Shown here piece by piece: positions 26,991 to 41,672 of a stretch of DNA of 64,000 bases. Location of the stretch: assembly GCF_009914755.1 (NCBI RefSeq), contig NC_060929.1. One strand, 5' to 3'. Source of the DNA: the human T2T-CHM13v2.0 reference genome, Homo sapiens. Every line of letters begins with the position of its first letter. Position 1 is the stretch's first letter. The position numbers were made by a program, and so were the translations under genes. The notes beneath the pieces are model-generated. The model was not told the origin of the DNA. It saw only the letters and a program-made list of their open reading frames with translations, and ran no database searches.

Positions 26991-27387
26991 TAAGTTAAAT
27001 TTAGTTTAGTATATGGTATAAGAAAGGGGTCCAATTTTATTTAGTCTTCTGCATATGGCAAGTCAGTTATCATAGAACAATTTATTGAATAGGGAGTACT
27101 TTCCCCATTGCTTATTTTTGTTAATTTTGTTGAAGATCAGATGGCTGGAGTTGTGCAGCATTATTTCTGGGCTCTCTATTTTGTTCCATTGGGTTATGTG
27201 TCTGTTTTTGTACCAGCGCCAAGCTGTTTTGGTTTCTGTAGCCTTGTAGTATAGTTTGAAGTCAGGCAGTGTGATGCCTCCAGCTTTGTTCTTTTTGCTA
27301 GAATTGCCTTGGCTATTCAGGCTCTTTTTTTATTCTATATGAGTTTTTTAATCATTTTTTCTAATTCTGTAAGAAATGTCATTCGTA

Positions 27388-27689
27388 GGCCAGGTGTGGT
27401 GGCTCATGCCTGTAATCTCAGCATTTTGGGAGGCCAAGGTGGGCAGATCACCTGAGGTCGGGAGTTCGAGACCAGCCTGACCAACATGGAGAAACCTCAT
27501 CTCTACTAAGAATACAAAATTGGCCAGGCATGGTGGTGCATGCCTGTAATCCCAGCTATTCAGGAGGCTGAGGCAGGAGAATTGCTTGAACCCAGGAGAT
27601 GGAGGTTGCGGTAAGGTGAGATCAAACCATTGTACTCCAGTCTGGGCAAAAGGAGTGCAACTCTATCTCAAAAAAAAAAAAGAAAGAAA
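27388..27689 (+). mobile_element. Alu (AluSp-like)
   Basis: 'gaggtcgggagttcgagaccagcctgaccaacatggagaaac'; TSD aagaaat(g/t)tcattcgt at 27371 and 27690. Confidence 0.93.
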
Positions 27690-29986
27690 AAGAAATTTCA
27701 TTCGTGGTTTATAAGAATAGCATTGAACCTGTTAATTGCTTTAGGCACTGGGTACATGCTCACAATATTGGTTCTTCCTGCCCATGAGAATGAAATATTT
27801 TTCCATGTGCTGTGTCATCTCTGATTTCTTTGAGTGGTGTTTTGCAATTCTTATTCTAGAGATTTTTCACTTCCCAGGTTAGCTGTATCTGTAGGTATTC
27901 GATTCTTTCTGAGTCTATTGTGAATGGGATTGTGTTCTTGGTTTGACTCTAAGCTTGGTTGTCATTGTTGTACAGGAATACTAATCATTTTAGTACATTA
28001 ATTTTGTATCCTGAAACTTGCTGAATTTGTTTATCAGATCAAGGAACTTTAGAGCACAGACTATGGGGTTTGCTAGTTATAGAATAATATTGACTGCAAG
28101 CAGAGATAGTTTTACTTCCTATTTAAATGCCTTTTACTTCTTTCTCTTGCCTGATTGCTCTAGCCAGGACTTCTAGTAGTGGTGATAGAGGGCATCCTTG
28201 TCTTGTTCTGGTTTTCAAGGGGAATGCTTCCAGCTCTTGTCCATTCAGTATGAAGTTGGCTGCAGGTTTGTCATAAATGGCTCTTATTATTTTGAAGTAC
28301 ACTCCTTTATCATCTAGTCTGTTGAGGGTTTTAACATGAAAGAATGCTGAATTTTATCGAAAGCCTTTTCTGCGTCTATTGATATGATCACATGGTTTTT
28401 TTATTCAAACTCTGTTTATGTAATAAATCACATATATTGATTTGCATATGTTGAACCTACTTTGCATCCTAGGGATAAAAGCTGCTTGATCATGTTAGAT
28501 TAACTTTTTGATGTGCTGCTGGACTTGGTTTGCTAGTATTTTGTTGAGAATTTTTGAATCTAAGTTCATCAAGAATATTGGCATTGTTTCCTTTTTGTGT
28601 TGTGTTTCTGCCAGGTTTTAGTATCAGGATAATCCTGGCCTCATAGAATGAGTTGGGATGAAGACTCTCCTCCTTAATTTTTTTTAGAATAGTTTCGGCA
28701 GGAATGTTACCATATCTTCTTTTTACATCTAGTAGAATTTGGTGGTGAAATCATCTGGTACTGTGCTTTTTCATGTTGGTAGGCTTTTTATTACTGATTC
28801 AATTTTAGAACTTTTTATTGTTTTATTCAGAGATTTAATTTCTTCCTGGTTCAATCTGGGGAGGTTGTATGTTTCCAAGAATGTAACCATTTCTTCTAGA
28901 TTTTCTAGCTTGCATGCATAGAGGTGTTGATCGTGTCTCTGAGGGTTTGCGTAATTTGGTGGGGTTGGTGGTAATATCTCTTTTGTTATTTCTGAGTGTT
29001 TTCATTCGTATCTTTTTTCTTTTTTCTTTATTACTCTAGGTACTATTTTATCTATCTTATTTATTCTTTCAGATAACAAACTCATGTATTCATTGATCTT
29101 TTATCATTTTTCATGTCTCAATTTCCTTCAGTTCAGCTCTGATTTGATTATTTCTTCTCTTCTACTAGCTAGGATTGGCATTGATTTGTTCTTGTTTCTC
29201 TGGTTGCTCTAGGTGTGATAGGTTGTTGATTTGAGACCTTTCTAGCTTTGAGATGTGGGCATTGAGTGCTGTAAATTTTCCTCTTGTTTTAGCTGTGTCC
29301 CAGGGATATTGGTATGTCATAACCTCATTCTTTTTACGTTCAAATAATTTCTTGATTTGTGTCTCAATTTCAGTGTTTATCCAAAAGTCACTCAGGAGTC
29401 CTTCAGGTTGTTTAATTTCCAGTAATTATTCAATTTGATTTTCTTAGTATTTTTTTTCTATTTTTATTGGACTGTGATCCAAGAGTGTCATTGATATGAT
29501 TTCATTTTATGTAACTTTCTGGGGATTGCTTCATGTCTGATTGTATGGTCAATTTTAGAATATGTGCCATATGCAGATGAGAAGAATATATATTCTGTTA
29601 TTTTTGGATGGAGAGTTCTGTAGATGTATATTAGTTCTGTTTGCTCAAGGGTCAAGTTTAGGTCCTGAATATCATGAGATTTCTGTCTCGATTATCTGTT
29701 TAGTATTGTCAGTTGGGTGTTGAAGTCTCCCACTATTATTGTGTGGGAATCTAAATCTCTTCATAGGTCTCTAAGAATTTGCTTTATGAATCTGGGTGCT
29801 CCTGTATTGGGGGCCTTCACCACTATGTAATTCCTTTCTTTGTCTTTTCCGATCTTTGTTAATTTAAACTTTATTTTGTTTGTGTGGTTGCTTCATAGTG
29901 TCAATGGTCTAAGTACTTAAGTTTGTTTCTGTAGTGCCCAGTAGCAGTCTTTCTCTCCATATTTAACATTACCTTCAAAGCCTCTT

Positions 29987-30289
29987 TTTTTTTTCTTTTC
30001 TTTTTTTGATACAGAGTCTCACTCTGTTGCTCAGGCTGGAGTGCAGTGGTGCCATCTTGGCTCACTGCAACCTCCACCTCCTGGGTTCAAGCAATTCTCC
30101 CTGCCTTAGCCTCCCAAGTAGATGGGATTACAGACACCTGCCATCACTCCCGGCTAATTTTTGTATTTTAGTAGAGACAGGTTTTCACCATGTTGGCCAG
30201 GTTGGTCTCAAACTCCTGACCTCAGGTGATCCACCTGCCTAGGCCTCCCAAAGTGCTGGGATTACAGGCGTGAGCCACCGCCCCCAGCC
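29987..30289 (-). mobile_element. Alu (AluSx-like)
   Basis: Full dimer; TSD ca(a/g)agcctctt at 29976-29986 and 30290-30300. Confidence 0.93.
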
Positions 30290-33200
30290 CAGAGCCTCTT
30301 ATAAAGCAAGTCTGGTGGTAATAAATTTCCTTAACAATGTGTTTGCTTATCTGAAAAGGATCTCATTTCTCCTTCCTTCTGAGCTTAGTTTTGCTGGACA
30401 TAAAATTTTTCTTTGGAATTTCTTTTCTTTAAGAATGCTAAATATTGGCCCCGAATCTCTTCGGGCTTGTAGGGTTTCTGCTGAAAGGTCCACTGTTAGC
30501 CTGATGGAGCTCCCTTTGTAGATAACCTGGCTTTTCGCTGTAGCTGCTTTTAACATTTTTTTCTTTCCTTTTGACATTGGAAAATATGCTGATTATGTGT
30601 CTTGGGGATGGTCTTCTTGTGTAGTAGCTCACAGGGCCTTTCTGCATCTCCCAAATTTAATGTTGGCCTTTTTACATAGGTTGGAGAAATTTTAATGGAC
30701 AATATTCTGAAATATTTTTTCCAAGTTGCTTTCTTTCTCTCCCTGTCTTTCAGAGATGCAATGAGTCATAGATTTGATCTTTTAGATAATCCCATATTTC
30801 TTGCAGTTTTTGTTCATTCTTCTTTAATCTTTGTTAGTTATTTTTGTTTGACTAAGTTATTTCAGAGAACTGGTTTTCAGACTCTGAGATTCTTTCCTCA
30901 GCTTGGTTCATACTACTGTTAATACTTGTGATTGTATTCTGAAATTCTTAATGTGAGTTTTTCAGCACTATCATACCAGTTTGGTTGTTTCTTAAAATGG
31001 CCATCTCCTGGATTATTTTATTGTATTTCTTAGAATCCTTTGATTAGGTTTTGACCACTCCAAATCTTGATAATCTTCATTCTTATCCATATTCTGAATT
31101 CTATTTCTGTCATTTCAATCATTTCAGCCTGGTTAAGAATAATTGCTAGGGAACTTAGTGCAGTCATTTGTAGGTAAGAAGACACTTTGGCTTTTTAAAT
31201 TGCCAGTGTTCTTGCACTGGTTCTTTCTCATCTGTGTGGACTTATGTTCCTTCAGTCTTTGGAGTTGCTGTACTTTGCAATTTTTTCTTTTATCTTCTTT
31301 GATACCTTTCGGTATTGATTGTGGTATAAGGTGGTTTCAGTCGACTGGCTTTGTTTCAGGGGCCAAGGTTCAGCTCAGCAATCCTCAACTGCCCTACTCT
31401 AACTCCAGGGGATTCGTGTCAGGCCCTTGGGTTTGTTCTCTGCTTCCTAACCTTAAGATTAGGCACTGGAAGGGCTGAGGTGTTCCTAGGCTGCTGGCCA
31501 TAGCACGTGGATGGATAGTACCAGCCAAAGCACTTTGTCAGAGCAGGGCCAGTGAGATCTGTGCTTTTCCATATATGCCAGCAACAGCAACAGCAGAGTA
31601 GGGTGCACACTTGTTGGCTGTGGTGGGAAACTTGCTGGAGTCAAGCTGTTCACCTCCATGCATGTATTTGCAGTGGTGGTGGTGGTGATGGCTTTGGGTG
31701 GGGAGTTGTGCTTCAGGAGTCCATGTGTGTATTTGCACTGATGGCGGTGTCAGTGCAGAGGCAGGATGCTGGCAGGCACAGGGCTCCTGGCCTCTATGTG
31801 TGCATTAATGCCAGCAGCAGTGGTTGTGTGTGGTAGGGGTCAGGGTCACTGGCATCTGTGTGTATGTTCATGCCAGTGGTGGTGTCAACACAGGGGTGGG
31901 ATGCTGGCTGGCATGGTGCTAACTCTGTGTTTTTGTTCTGTAAAACTCTTGGCAGGTAGTTTAAGCTGAGAATATATTCATCGCTGGACAGATGAGAAAA
32001 CTGAGAGCTAAAATTACTGGGATGACTTGTAAACCAGTTATCAAATTAGTGACTGGATGACTTATGCTAACAAAATGAAAATCCCTTTGCTGTTTCCTAA
32101 TGACAAGTTTGTACAAGATCTTAGACTTTAACATTTACGTATGACTAATGGCTACTTACCAATAACTACTAAATAAGTGATTTCAGAGTACTAGTATTCA
32201 CAATGCTAAACAAAACCATCAATTCAGTAAACATGTTCATAATTTTAATTTAGAATTTGGGCAAGAAATCTCACTACTATACAATGCTTGAGATCACAGT
32301 AGAGCTCTTACTGCACATTTGTATTTTTAGATATTGGAATTTTTATAACTTTTGTTGAGAATTTTTTGTTATCAGTATATCACCAGGACTGACTATATTG
32401 TGGTTTTCAACAACTTCTAATCTTGCAAAATGAAAATAATTGCGGATTTATCTTCATTGTCATCCAATTCATTTATTTAATTATTGAACCAATAATATGT
32501 AGTAATTTTCTTATGTAAAATTCCCTTAACTGGAGCTATGTTTTAAAACCTTGTGTATTAATTGCAACTAATGAATTATTTTTAACTGTTCAACCTGTCA
32601 TTCAGTAGGTCTAGAACTTGGACTTGTAACCTAATGATTCCCAATTGATTCTGCTTTATATGGTCCAAGGACAGTACTTTGAGAAATAATGATAAAAAGT
32701 ATGGTGCATATGCAGGTCAAATGATAATCATCATAAACCTGTTCCTAAAGCAGATAATAATGACCATATCCCCAGCATCAGATTGCTTGTCTTTATCAGC
32801 TCAAATTCTTTTATCACCTTAATTGGAAAGTAATATTTTTATTTTGCTGCTTAATGCAGGTAAAAACTTTTGACAATTACTTAACCGTCATAACGTAACT
32901 CATATGTAAATATTAATTAGAATAGCCTCAAAATTGTATAATAATATGATTATTCTCATTCACTTGTACTAAGATCTTTAAATTCCTGCATTGGGCCAAG
33001 AGGGTTTACCCATATGGGCAAAATTAATTCAAGAGAGAAAAATCACATTAAAATTGATAAGACTTGCAGACATTTTTATTCAAGTATACACAATTATGCA
33101 TAATTGTATTAAGTAGACAATCAATATATCAGCATTTTGTTGAAATTCAGTGGCTTACAATTGTAAACCTTTAAATTTAACTAGTTAATTAGACTTCTAA

Positions 33201-33831
33201 TGGTACTGTCAGCATAACTTGAAAAAGCCCCATACATATAGAAGGGTAAAGTTTGTAGTAGCTTCATATAGGATAGTTATTAAATAAGAAGAATAAAAAT
33301 CTTTCCCAAAATATAAATGTAGAAAGATAAATCTTAAGAAACCCTTGTTAAATAATAAGCATATTTAAAATATGTAAAATTTTATCAGTACTTACATAAG
33401 TAGAAATGGTTCTGAAATTTATTGGAGCAATTGGAAAACACTTGTTGAAATTAACAGTAACAGAAATTATAAATTTGAAGGAATTTTGAGTTTTTAATTC
33501 TCCAAAAGAGTAAACCTGGAATGAATACAGGCTTTATAACCTCATGTTTTTCCTGCCATAAATTAATACCAGTTTTTCCAGGTTTAAAACAAGAAATACA
33601 AAATGAAAAACTTTAGCATTTCCGAGGAAATGAAAATGAATTTATAACTTAATCTGTAACTCAAGATAACAAAGACTTTATAGTAAGTTCCAAAGGTTAC
33701 TTCCAATTAGCTCTGTAAAATCTGTAAGCTTTGTTTAATTTCATCTGATAGCTTTGAAGAGTAATTTCTGAGTTCAGGCATAGTCTTTTCTATGTCCTAA
33801 TGCATCTCAATTAACCAAATATTAATACATA

Positions 33832-34078
33832 GAGCATTATTTCCTAGAGTGTGTTATGCATACATATGTTAGTAGGATCCATGGTAAAGCAATCGTGAGT
33901 GGGACAAAGTTAAGTTTCTTTACATAGAACTTCCAGGACTTCTAATAGCTTATGTGTATTGACAATCAAAGACAGGGAAGGGCAGAGTAGAGTAGGAGAG
34001 CAGGGGAGGTAGAAAGAGAGAGACAGAGATAATTATTGGGAATCCAAACTAATTTGAACATGCAGTTTGGAAATTGCA
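33832..34078. mobile_element. hAT-Charlie fossil (MER112-like)
   Basis: 'acaaagttaagtttctttac..gaacttc..gacttctaatagcttatgtgtattg', 'ccaaactaatttga'. Confidence 0.45.
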
Positions 34079-34884
34079 AAAGTATATTGTAATATTTCTT
34101 TTGAAATAAAAATCACATTAAACTTTACTAACTTCTTTTCTGCCAGATTTGTAAATCACCCAGCTGAGTTCACATCTATTTCTCTCTAAACATTCTAAAG
34201 AACTTGCACCTTAATGAGGCTCTATATTCCTCAGAGATCCAAAACCTTTAAATATTATTTATTGATATTTTCTGCCTCAGAAAGCCTTCTGTAGCTTTTT
34301 TACAATTTTCCAAAAGTGCAGGTGGCCAAATCATTTCTTTTGGAAGTATGCAGATTGCTGCTCCTCAAAGCCTGTTCACTCAATGAGGCTAAATACATAT
34401 CCATGCAAGATGAGGAAGATATTGAGTCAGAAAAATCTTGAAGGACCAAAGGACCGAAATAAACATGTTTTCAACTCTTCTGACATCTGGTACTCAACAT
34501 GAAATAGTAATATTGAAAAATTGCTAAAAGATTCTCATTTCAAAAGTTTGATTCAAATAATTATATATTAGTATCTATCAGTACCATTGATGTAGTGATA
34601 TACAGAAGACTGTTCACTAGTGTGTTCATTTTGACAAAGCTATTTTTGAAATAATACTTTATTATAGTACAATTTAGACATGATGATTCACATAAAAATT
34701 GTTTCTGTTTATAACAAGAGGACGATTTCCCTTCAGTCCTGAATTAGGGAATATAGGGAGCATTTTCTATGGCTGTGAGCTGAAGCATTTCACAATGCTC
34801 AATACTATGAAGCTCTATCTTATTCAGAATTGTTAACAGAGTCAAAATTATTGTATAATAGAAAACATCTTCTTTATCCCTTTT

Positions 34885-35620
<736 letters not shown>

Positions 35621-36162
35621 GGAAAATGAAATAAAATAAAATATATAATAGCACAAAATCAATAGGACGATGTAAACACATTATAATTGATTTAATGTAT
35701 TCTCTAAGTTGTTTTAGCCTTATTCTGGTAGATATCGGTATGTTTTGAGACATATAACCAAAATTACTATCCAGTTTTTCTAACACCTGATGGAGAACAG
35801 AGCAAACGCAATTCATGAGAAGACAGACCAGGCTTTAACAAGTCAGATGATGGTAATAAAGCCAAAACAAAAACAACAAAAACCATGATAACTTAGTATG
35901 ATTCTCTGAATTAAAATGTCTTCACGTACTTATTTCATGTTCATATGGGAAAGTTCTAGTTACCAAATGGTACAGAAAGAATAAAAGTAGCAGAATTTAT
36001 CTTTAATACTTAGATCAAAATTCAAAATAAAAACAACAATCCACTGTCTCCCAAACTGTATTCTTTAAAACATCAATTTTATGAGATAATTATCAATATA
36101 TTTGTACAAACAATTACATATCTATAAAAGATTGTGTATGTGTATGTGTGTGTGTGTATACA

Positions 36163-36577
36163 CAGATGGTCTCTGACTTATGATGATTTGACTTACCATT
36201 TTTGAACTAGATGATGGTGTGGAAGCATACACATTCAATAGAAACCTTTTTGAATTTTAAATTTTGATCTATTCCTGGGCTAGAGATATGCAGTATGACA
36301 CTGTCTGATGATGCTAGGTGGTGGCAGTGAACTGTAGTTCCCAGTCAGCCATGCAATCAGGAGGGTAAACAACCAGTACTGTACATTGCACTGTGTTGCC
36401 AGATAACTTGGCTCAACTGAAGACTACTGTAAGTGTTTTGAACAAGTTTAAAGTAGGCTAGGCTAAGCTATGATGTATGGTAGATTAGGTGTATTAAGTA
36501 CATTTTCAGCTTACAATGTTTTCAACTTATGATGGCTTTGTTAAGATGTAACTCCATAGTCAGTCAAGAAGCATCTG
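36163..36577 (-). mobile_element. MER47B-like (TcMar-Tigger) MITE
   Basis: Inverted ends cagatggtctctgactta / tagtcagtcaagaagcatctg; 'gtaggctaggctaagctatgatg..gtagattaggtgtattaa'; flanked by (TG)n and (TATC)n. Confidence 0.8.
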
Positions 36578-37744
36578 TTTATCTATCTATCTGTCTATCT
36601 ATCTATCTATCTATGAAATAAGAAGTAATATTAACTTTTAAAATGTAAAAGTTATTTTGGAAAAGCTGATATGCTGCTCAAAGTAGACAATTTATAATCA
36701 TCATTGTATTATGGAGTAGCAAAATCATATTATCCTTTTATCTCCCAGGGATAATAGATCTTTGGGGAAACCATATTACTGGTAAGTAAATTAACTTTCC
36801 TCAAAAATAGAAGGGCTGTCTTCTTTAGGAGTTACTTTATACAATTAGGTATTTAAAACCACCAAGAGGTGGGAAATGAGGTCACTCTGAATTATTACTC
36901 AGGATTTTAGACCTCTATGGGATTAAAAAAACAAGTAATAGTATGTCATGAAAATTGAGATTTAAAACACCTTAAGAAGTAGAAGTACATAGCAGTTATA
37001 TCAATGTTAGATACTAAGACATTGTCTTGAACTAAGACAATAAAAAGGAACAAATAATATCAGCTACTCGTAAATTCTATGCAAATAGATTATGTGACCA
37101 CTTTATGCTGAGTGATCAGTAAAAGACAACCTTTGGGTTGAAATTTGAATCATGATAAATCAGCTATACAAAGGTAAGTGGAGAAAAAAAGGCGAAGGAT
37201 TAAAGTTTTGGTCCATAGAATTTATGACAAAGCCCATTAAGAGTTGCTGCTAGAGCTTTGGGTTATTTTAATCATTCTAGCAATGTTGTTTGTTTTTAGT
37301 AAACATTCCTTACACTGAAAATCTGAAAGATTTCCCCTCAATGATTTGCCTTTGTAGATGTAAACTTAACTGTAATCTTGGGTGATGGTTAATTTTAGGT
37401 GTCAAGAGCAATAAGTTGCTGATGGAATTCAGAAAAGAATCATATCTTAAAATCAAAGCTAACTTTAGTTAACTTTACTTGATCTTAAGGGAATCTTCTG
37501 AGAATCAAAGTAGCCTGACTGAATAAAGAAAAGTCTATGTTTGCTATTACTGAGTTTGGAGAGAGGCATCCACCGTTCCCTGGTTTAACTCATGGTCTTT
37601 GTTGCTGGGTGAATTGGTAATTAATTGCATTGCCCTGTTTGCTAAGTGAGACATTTCATTTAGTGTAGAAATTATTGCTCATCACTCAGAGGTCCTAATG
37701 GCCTTGATGTAAAGTAGAAATTAACGACTGGCCAATTGCTTGTA

Positions 37745-37806
37745 CAGTCACACACACAGAATAACGTTTTGTCAATGACAGGCTGCATATACAATGGTGG
37801 TCCCAC
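37745..37806. mobile_element. Tigger3/MER7 terminal fragment
   Basis: 'ta|cagtcac..ataacgttttgtcaatgacaggctgcatatacaatggtggtccca' resembles the Tigger3 end. Confidence 0.6.
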
Positions 37807-37924
37807 ATTATATGTGGTAGACACCTAGTTCTCCAGTAAAATAAGGACTGTTTGCTCTGATTTAGATACTGTAATATAAGTTGGAGATGTGATACAGTAT
37901 TTGACCTATTTACCTGTAGTACAG

Positions 37925-38102
37925 TCCTCACAACAATCTGGAAAATAAGTTATTATTGTTATTATTTCATGTTTATTATTTTACATCAAAGGAAATTTGA
38001 CCCACCTAAATCAAATGTCTTCTTCAAAATCCCTAACCTGGTAAGTGGCAGGGCTTGAAATTGTTCCTGCAGCTGTCTGTCTTCAAAACCCATGCTTTCT
38101 CC
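37925..38102 (-). mobile_element. MIR
   Basis: 'cctcacaacaatc..tattattg..ttttac..aggaaat', 'ctggtaagtggcagggc..ctgtctgtcttcaaaacccatgct'. Confidence 0.7.
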
Positions 38103-38970
38103 CTGGTAATTTTTAAGGATCTTTTGGAGCAAATGATATCCCAGTTTCAATAATTCACTGAGGTAGGAATGGAAAGACATTGTCTTAGTGAAGTTTGGTG
38201 CCTAAACAGCAAATCCCTATGTGGGATTTATCACAGCAGTTTCACATACAAGGAAGGGTTGATGTGCATAAGCCTGTTTAAAGTCTTCAAGATCAGAAAC
38301 AAGGTGGAGCATGGGTTCATAATTGTTTTAACTATCCAGTTTTGTGCACCTCGTTTATACAATATGAAAAATTCAAGCGTACATAAATTAGAGTAAGTGA
38401 CAAACTTGGTGGGCGAATTGATCCATAATGTGCACTCTTGGAGAAAGACTTTCATTGCCTTGAGTCACTGATAATACCAACAACAGAAATGCCATGAAAA
38501 TAGAAATTTGCAGTTCACCAGTGATTGAGAGGTGGTGATGTAGTTGATTAGCTCGTGGTGTTTGTGGGTTGAAGCTAATCCTTATCTGTTTACCTTCCAA
38601 AAATTTTTGTGAGGAAATTTGCTTTGGTCTTGCCAGGAAAAAAAAAAACTAAAAAAGGTTAGAGTAAAAGATAATCATTTACCTCAGAAAGTGTAGGTGA
38701 AGGTGATGATGCAGAACAATGATGATGCCTTCTCTGTATTTAAGGCAAAGTCAACATTTATCAGAGCTCTATAAGAATCTTGCAGCAGTTGGCATTGATG
38801 AAGTTTTTACTTTTGGAAAAATTAATTGTAGGCTTTAACAATGTACATTTACTAATGTACCTTTGTGAACATATAATATTTTAATTCTGTAGTGACTCAG
38901 ATATACCAAATTTGACTCTCATATTCCCTTCTAGACCTAGAGTAGGCTATTTGAAACAGAAGCATAGAAA

Positions 38971-38972
<2 letters not shown>

Positions 38973-39026
<54 letters not shown>

Positions 39027-39033
39027 ACACACA
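38973..39033. repeat. (CA)n microsatellite
   Basis: About 25 uninterrupted CA units. Confidence 0.97.
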
Positions 39034-41352
39034 TATCTTAAGGATTTAGGGGCAGGTTCTTCATAACAGCATTACAGCAGAATCTGAAAGGCCGCTCTGT
39101 CCCATACTACGAATAACTTACTGAATCATGTCTTTCTGTTCTCTGTTCAATCAGCGTTAGAAATAATCACTTACAGACTTTTAGATGAGGTAACCTAAGC
39201 ATTGGGGAAAATAATACATGTAATTTTTTCCCTTTTTTAAGCAGGGACATAGGTATGTGATACTCCCTAAAATAAATCCAAGCCGTTTACCAGTGATGTC
39301 CCCTATTTCCCATGGGAAATTCTGGATATTATTAGTTCCTTCCTTCCTCCTTCTCTCATATTTTTTCCTTAATAAGATTATCAAAATGGAAGCCTATGTA
39401 CTAGAAATAAAATTCCAAGTGTACTTTGTAAAGTACAAAGAGATGTACTGCATATACAATGGTGGTCCCACACCATGTGTGGTAGACACGTAGTTCTCTG
39501 GTAATAAGAACTATTTGGTCTGATTTAGACACTGTAATATCAAAGGGAGATGTGATACAGTATTTGACCTACTTTGCAAAGTACTTCTCTTTGCAACTTC
39601 CTAATTTCCTAACAAATAAGAATATTAAGTTTTTGAGCTGGATATTAATATAACAAAGATGAAATAAATATTTGGACAAAATAAGTACATAGACAAGTCA
39701 CAGGGTGAGTTTTTATGGAACTGAATATTGAATAGCTTTCCTTGAATTATTTTTTCTCATTCTCTGATAAAATGAGCATTTTAAAGATGTTTCCTAAAAA
39801 TCATGAGAATGTTTTATTTTTGGAAGTTATCTACATTGTTGGTAATAATTGCAGCTTCGTATATGTAGATATATATTTAATTTAAGATGGAAAGGGTGTG
39901 GAAAACTTATGTTTCTCATGTGATATATCACAGAATGTATGTATGTCATAGAACGAGAGCTAATGTTTTGCCATCAATAAAGTCTAGAATAGAGATGGGA
40001 TTTAAAAAAAAAACAGCTAAGTGGTGATTGTCATTCACCTTAAACCTTAGTTTCATATATGCTAAATAGAACTACAAAATCTGTTGTTATGTCTAATATA
40101 TTTTATATGTTGATAACAGTATTATGTTGAAAGGAAGAAAATTGTTCAATCATTAAATATTTTTGCTTAAAGATTTTTAAATACTGTCTCTCTATATATG
40201 TATGTATATATTTATATACACACACACTTTATATACTCTAGGCTAACTGTAGATAAAACCCTACAATATAGTATCAACTACAGAAATTCTAAGTAGCAAA
40301 AACCAATAACTTAATGGCTTAATACAAATGTAAACCGCTTTGTTTTTCTTCAAACTAGGTTAATGTATTGTTGACATTTTTATGTAACTACTTTAAAGAA
40401 ATGATCAAAGGTATGATTGTTTCATTTTCATCCAATGTTATTTTTTACTTTAAAAATTTTAATTACATGTACAACTTTTATTGAGTAAAGATAACTAGAA
40501 ACATCACTGTATGACTCATGAATATTATGTGGGATCCTGAACCATGGCTGTGCTGTATCAATTTAGTCAAAAAGCACCTAAGCACATAGTGCCTTTTTGT
40601 ACCATAAAAAGTCGAAAAGCTTTTCTCCCCCAGTTAATGTTGCAACTTGTAGTCCAATCAATACTTAGTTAACAGTTCACAGAAATGGTGGTAAACTTCA
40701 TTCCACATCAGTATTTTAGATAATAAAATGTTAAATCATTTATTGAAATGTAACAAGATTTCCATGCAGATTTAATGTGACTAGATAGTATTTTATATTG
40801 TTTTTATTAGCAATATAATAAATGGCAAGTAATAAATTCAGATGTAGTGCAGACAGACTCAGGTTGTCAGAAGTACTGGGTGGCTTTTTTCTGGTTATTG
40901 TATCACAAAGCCAGTAGGTGAAATGCATGGAACAAGTTATTTTTGTTTCTTCTAACAAATGACAAATATTTTAGGATACTATTTTATAGTTCTTTTCTAT
41001 GTAATCTCATAACCACATATATAGAACACATTTCCCAGGATATTCGATTATGGAATAATATAAATATGAATTGCTCTTAATTTCATAGAAACAAAATCTT
41101 TTCTAATATCCTCTTATCCACTATGTAACTATAGCCACCTTGAAGGGAGAAACACCACATTATGCATTCTCTTATTTTTGATGATACCAAGAAAAAATGT
41201 TAAATATTTATACTTATTGACTGGTATATATTTGGTACTCTGTAAATTCTTGCTGAAAGAATGTGAGGCAGAGAGCTGCTAAGAGTAATAGTGTCAGACT
41301 TGAACTAGAATTCTGGAGTTGCCATTTACTGGTTGTATGTTTGAGCAAGTTA

Positions 41353-41672
41353 CAGTAGTCCCGCCTCATCTGTACATTTGCTTTCCATGGTTTCAGTTAC
41401 CCACAGTCCAAAAATATATGAAAAATTCCAGAAGTAAACATTTGAAGTTGCATGAAAAAATCTTGTGTCATTCCTCTTGATCCCACTCAGGATGTCAATC
41501 ATCCATTCATCCAGTGTATCCACTCCATATGTTCTACCCACCTGTTACTTAGTAGCCATCTTGATTATGAGATTTAAAAAAAAAAACTCAGAGTGTGTAT
41601 AATAGGGTTTCGTATTATCTGCAGTTTCAGGCATACACTGGGATAACCCTTGTGGATAAGAGGGTACCATCC
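41353..41672 (+). mobile_element. MER44A-like (Tigger7) MITE inserted in a MIR (~41280-41720)
   Basis: 'ta|cagtagtcccgcctcatctg..ctttccatggtttcagttaccc' and 'gtggataagaggg' ends; MIR text 'gccatttactggttgtatgtttgagcaagtta' before and 'cttaaaacatct..tttataaaatgggg' after. Confidence 0.8.

Larger units (their letters stand above)
37783..39571 (+). repeat. Dispersed direct repeat of ~125 bp: 37783-37908 and 39448-39571
   Basis: Hand alignment gives about 14 substitutions and one 2-bp indel (~87% identity). Confidence 0.95.

Noticed and set aside
37095-37160. Strong splice-donor-like AAG|GTAAGT (also an acceptor-like site at ~24887)
   Set aside because: Isolated motifs with no convincing partner site or reading frame; expected by chance in 64 kb.
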